Below are positions 59,229-64,000 of a stretch of 64,000 bases of DNA, one piece after another. Source of the stretch: the human T2T-CHM13v2.0 reference genome, Homo sapiens; the NCBI RefSeq assembly GCF_009914755.1, contig NC_060939.1; one strand, given 5' to 3'. The first letter of the stretch is position 1; every line of letters starts with the position of its first letter. The notes beneath the pieces were generated by a model. The model was given only the letters and a program-made list of their open reading frames with translations. It searched no databases and had not been told where the DNA came from. A program made the translations under genes and the position numbers.

Positions 59229-59515
59229 AGACTCTGCATGCCCAGTTATCTTGGGTCCTAATTTATTGTGGATATGGATAGAGGTACAAAGGAAGGATTT
59301 GCATTCTAATTTCCCTTTTACCACAATCTGACTTATTCCTCTTTCTAGAATATAAAGATTCAGATAAGCATACTTCTAGTAAACCCACACAAGGAGTTAA
59401 AAAAAGAAAGATTGGTCTTTTCCTGCCCTCCATAACTTGATCGTAATTTGTGTATATATATACACACACACACATAAACACTTCAAGAAACACCAGGCAC
59501 TTTATAGACATGATT

Positions 59516-59521
59516 TTTATT
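59516..59521 (-). terminator. ZSCAN29: Candidate distal ZSCAN29 polyadenylation signal (a proximal AATAAA also lies at 62362-62367)
   Basis: TTTATT on the plus strand; on minus it is followed by a GT-rich (TG)n tract at about 59450-59480, as expected for a downstream element. Confidence 0.4.
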
Positions 59522-61392
59522 AATATGGTATCCCTGAGAGACAGATTAGGTGTAAACATTATTTTGCTTTACAGAAAGGGAAATGGAGGCAGGTTAACTT
59601 ACAAGACATCTGGAACCAGAATATCTGTTGATACCACAACCAATGCTTTTCCCACGAGACTATACATAGATATACTAAAGACAATACTTTTTTTTTTTTT
59701 TGACATTACAGCACACTTCCTAAATCATCTGAGATCCTGAGGCACTGCTTCAGACTGGTGTTTCTTGTAGCTTCCTGTCTGCTTAGGCAACATAACAGAA
59801 GTACCATCTTCCCTTAATTCCTAATAAATATTAGATTTTTTTGTACTAAGATTCAACAGCAGAATCCTAATTAATCTCTAACACAACAAGCTATGAATTA
59901 TAGAATACTATATCTTCCTACTGCTCTCCCTGATCTTATTCCAGCCACAGAATTCTAATTGAATGTGAAACGGCTACTTATCCCAGTCCTTGGCCATCTG
60001 GCCATGTTTATCTTTCTTCTCACCTGCTCATCAAAATATCTTCATCAGATACTACGATTTCTGACCTTTATCTCCCATAGGAGCTAGTCCCCTAAAACTG
60101 CTTATTCTTTCAGTGGCAGTCAGCTGTTTCCTTATCAATAGTTATAGCGTAGTACCTGATTTACTATAGATGATGGTTCTACCACCTCATGGTCTGCTCC
60201 TAACACCCATGTTTCAGCTAAGGTGATTCTCTCTGCCTGCTGCACAGCCCATATCATACTATTCCTCAAGTTCTCATGCTACTCCAAGCTTTATCTGGCC
60301 TTCCTTACAGTCTATCCTTTGCCCTTTGTTCCATCTACACAAAACACCTTGCTCCCCCTTTTTCCCATTCCTCAACCCACCCAGCACTCAATTTTGCAAC
60401 TAGTTATGGAAAGTTCTTCCTATCATAATTTAACCAGTAACCTTCCCTCCTTTGACCACTTCCTGCTTCATGAAGCCTTCCTGAATAAAGAGAAAAAATA
60501 CCTCCCAGATTTTTGTTAAAGCAAACTAATGCATTGGACCACAACATTTATGCATAGTGTTGCTACCTAGCTTTCTAGATTTCTCTAAAACTGCCGCAAC
60601 TATGCATGTGCACTTGTTTGTCCATGTCAGTGTCATCTGCTTTAGATTGTAAGGACAAGGAGAGGACCTGTTGACCTTGTGCTATACAGGGCTCATCATA
60701 CTATGAGCATATGGGCAGTTAATACTATTGTATTATAAAGATGAGTAATTATATTTGCATTTAAAGAACTGCTTTTAATTGTATTCAGTTGAATGTGTAT
60801 GTCTAGATTGGCAGCTCCACTGGCCAAAGATAATCCATCTTCCCTGCCATTAGGGTAAAGGGCCTGTTCGCACACAGTAGTCCATTTTCCCAATACACGG
60901 GAATGTGGCAGTGGCTTCTGCTTATTGCAGGTAAGTGCCCATGGAGGGCATAACACTATACCAGGTGTGTGGAATATGGACGAGTTCCTATTGGCAGCTT
61001 TAACTGCTCTACCTGTCACCACATGCAGCTGCGTTGCTCTGTGGAACTTCTGGACCACAAGAGACAGACGAAATTCAGATGAGACTGGACAGAAAGAAAA
61101 CCAACCTAAATCCTGTAAATGTATTATTCTATTCCAACCCTTCTTCTAGGACTCAGAAGAAACTAAGAAATCCAGGGTTCACACTTCAGTATAAGGTTTT
61201 CATTGTTTCTGCATAAGAACACCTGTTCTTGACAAGATGATTCATAGGGCAGAACCAAGATGGACATTAAACTCTCCTTCTTTAAGGTAAATGAAGAGGG
61301 TGCCTGACAAATATGTCATTTTGAGCACAGGTTTAAGTGAGCAGGAAGAGTCATTCATTTTAGCATTTCCATTATTGTATAAAGAAGAGCTG

Positions 61393-61989
<597 letters not shown>

Positions 61990-62398
61990 CTAATGGGCAA
62001 AGTCTCATAACTTCTTCTCGAAATGTAATGGGTTTTTCCTGTCAAAATGCAGCTGAATGACAGAATGAGTAAAGAAGGATGCTTATCAAATTCATAGGAT
62101 CTATTACCTTGTCCTCTGTGCTTATATTAAGGGAACACCATAGGCACTGAGAGGGAAAAGATGTTATCCATCAATTCAGATGCAGGCAAAGAGAGGGACT
62201 GAAATCTTCCTTTCATTCTTTAGACTGCCTTGGGGATTTGAGTCTAGATCAGGAAAAACAAGGAACAAACAGTGGCATAAATCCTAAAGTGAATTTCCTA
62301 AGCTAACTGGACACAGAATAGTAGATGAATCTCACTATTGGAAGACTTTCTAAACAATACATTTATTGAGCCTCTTTCCGTTATATATCCTCAGGGGC

Positions 62399-63267
62399 TT
62401 ACTTGGGAGCTGACTGTGTCAGAAGCTTTTCCCGTGCATGGATTTCTCCGTGCTTATTAAGGGCAGAGCTTTTACTGAAGCACTTACCACAGTCATGACA
62501 CCCATAGGGTTTCTCTCCTGTGTGGGTTCTATGATGTGCACGTAAGTCAGAACTCTTACTGAAACTCTTTCCACAGTCAGGACACACATGGGGTCTCTCT
62601 CCTGTGTGTATCCTCCGATGTGCACTAAAATGAGAACTGTTATTGAAGCTTTTTCCACACTCTTCACATTGATAGGGCTTTTCTCCTGTGTGGGTTCTCT
62701 GGTGAATGATAAGGCTTGAGCTCTGATTGAAGCATTTCCCACACTCACCACATTGATAAGGTTTCTCTCCTGTGTGGATTCTCCTATGGGTGATGAAATT
62801 TGAACTGTCACGGAAACTTTTTCCACAGTCAAGACATTTATAAGGTTTCTCTCCAGTGTGGATTCTCCGGTGTCTAATGAGTCGTGCACTCCGACTGAAG
62901 CTTTTCCCACAATCAGCACATTTATATGGATTTTCCACCTGGTGGGATACCTGATGCATGAGAAGGGAGTTTGGACCAAAGCTTTTGCTGTATTTGAGAT
63001 ATTTATAGGGTCTCTCTCCCAAGCAAGGTCTCTGTTGACTTAGGACTTCACTTAAGCTCTTCTCCGGGAGTGTCAGTTTTCCTCTTTTCTCCCCTGAGGT
63101 CTTTGCCCACTGTCTTCCTGATCTACAGTCACTCTCATTGCCTTTACCCTGATGAAGATACCGGGGAATTTTCCTTTCAGATCTTGCAAGTAATGTCCTA
63201 TGCAGTTGTACTTCCTCAGAAATATCCCGTTTTGAATTATCTTCATTCTCAAATCCAGCTTCAAAAC
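62399..63267 (-). CDS. ZSCAN29: Zinc finger and SCAN domain-containing protein 29, terminal coding exon (linker + 6 C2H2 fingers); upstream exons lie beyond the right edge
   Basis: Minus-strand acceptor TTTTACATCAG|GT at 63268/63267. The open frame [19 protein letters not shown]... runs into six CxxC...HxxxH fingers with TGEKPY/TGERPH linkers and ends TQSAPK*. Symbol assigned from remembered gene order downstream of ADAL. Confidence 0.9.
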
Positions 63268-64000
63268 CTGATGTAAAACAGAATTTTAGAAGTTATCTAT
63301 TTTCTTAATCATATGTGCCACAGGAATGTAAAACTTGGGAAAAACAAGCATTACACCACATGATTAAAATTTAGGGAGCCCTAGATCCCAAATAACTACC
63401 ATTATCTTATTAAAATCCCAATGTTTTACTTCTCTACTTGTTAACCTATCATGTGCTTCTCATCTACATAGGGTCTGAATAATATATACTTTTAATTCCT
63501 CTTGGTCATCTAGGATCTTTGGAAAATCCTCCCAGTACAGCATGGAAAATCACCAGGTTTTAGATAAAATAATTTCCATGTTTCTACAGGAAAGACACTT
63601 TCTAATACGTATTTTTGCCACATCTCGGGTCTGTCATAGTATTCTTATTCATGTTCTTCACCAGTAACTAAAAGGTTTAGAAGGACATGCTCAGGAAAAC
63701 ATTTTTGGAAACTTTTATATCCAGAGGAGCTTCATGAGTCCCCTTCCCCTCACATTCCAATATACGTTGCAAGTAAAAACAGGATAGAAAAATATGTAGT
63801 GTCTTTCAAAGAACCAAAAGGCCCTAAGAACCAAATGCCTGGCTTTTTTGGGCCTAGGCTATGCAAATTTGCATTTATTCAGCTATTTCAGGTAAACTCT
63901 GAATCCCATATTCCCTAGACTAAATCTAGGAGTAAAAGCATGTTGAGTATCAGCCCATGTTTGTACCTCCTGAGACAGTATTTCTACCCAGAAGCCTAGT

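Noticed and set aside
62419-62979. 186-aa alternate-frame ORF overlapping ZSCAN29
   Set aside because: Typical shadow frame of a C2H2 array (TLERNLINV repeats), and it starts at a non-ATG codon

Overview
Human (primate) genomic DNA, very Alu-rich (about 40 Alu copies or fragments plus L1, L2, MIR, MER and LTR relics). From the proteins I recognise it as the TGM7-LCMT2-ADAL(MAPDA)-ZSCAN29 region (chr15q15; identified from memory, not by a database search). Contents: (1) the 10-nt first coding exon and promoter of TGM7 on the minus strand (ATG at 3550); (2) about 25 kb of repeat-rich intergenic DNA; (3) intronless LCMT2/TYW4 (29736-31796, minus, 686 aa), head-to-head with ADAL across a CpG-island bidirectional promoter; (4) the complete ADAL CDS, which I reassembled by hand from 10 GT-AG exons (36433-53270, 355 aa, N6-methyl-AMP deaminase); (5) the last exon of ZSCAN29 (minus, six intact C2H2 fingers and one decayed finger). 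Almost all other ORFs in the supplied track are Alu or chance ORFs. I found no convincing new biological system. The best second-look items are regulatory or structural: a strong-Kozak overlapping uORF on LCMT2, an ETS-CRE/GAS element in the bidirectional promoter, two routes to catalytically dead ADAL isoforms, inverted Alu pairs around ADAL exons and in its 3' UTR, and a 180-bp locally templated duplication. Repeat boundaries and subfamily names are by-eye estimates.
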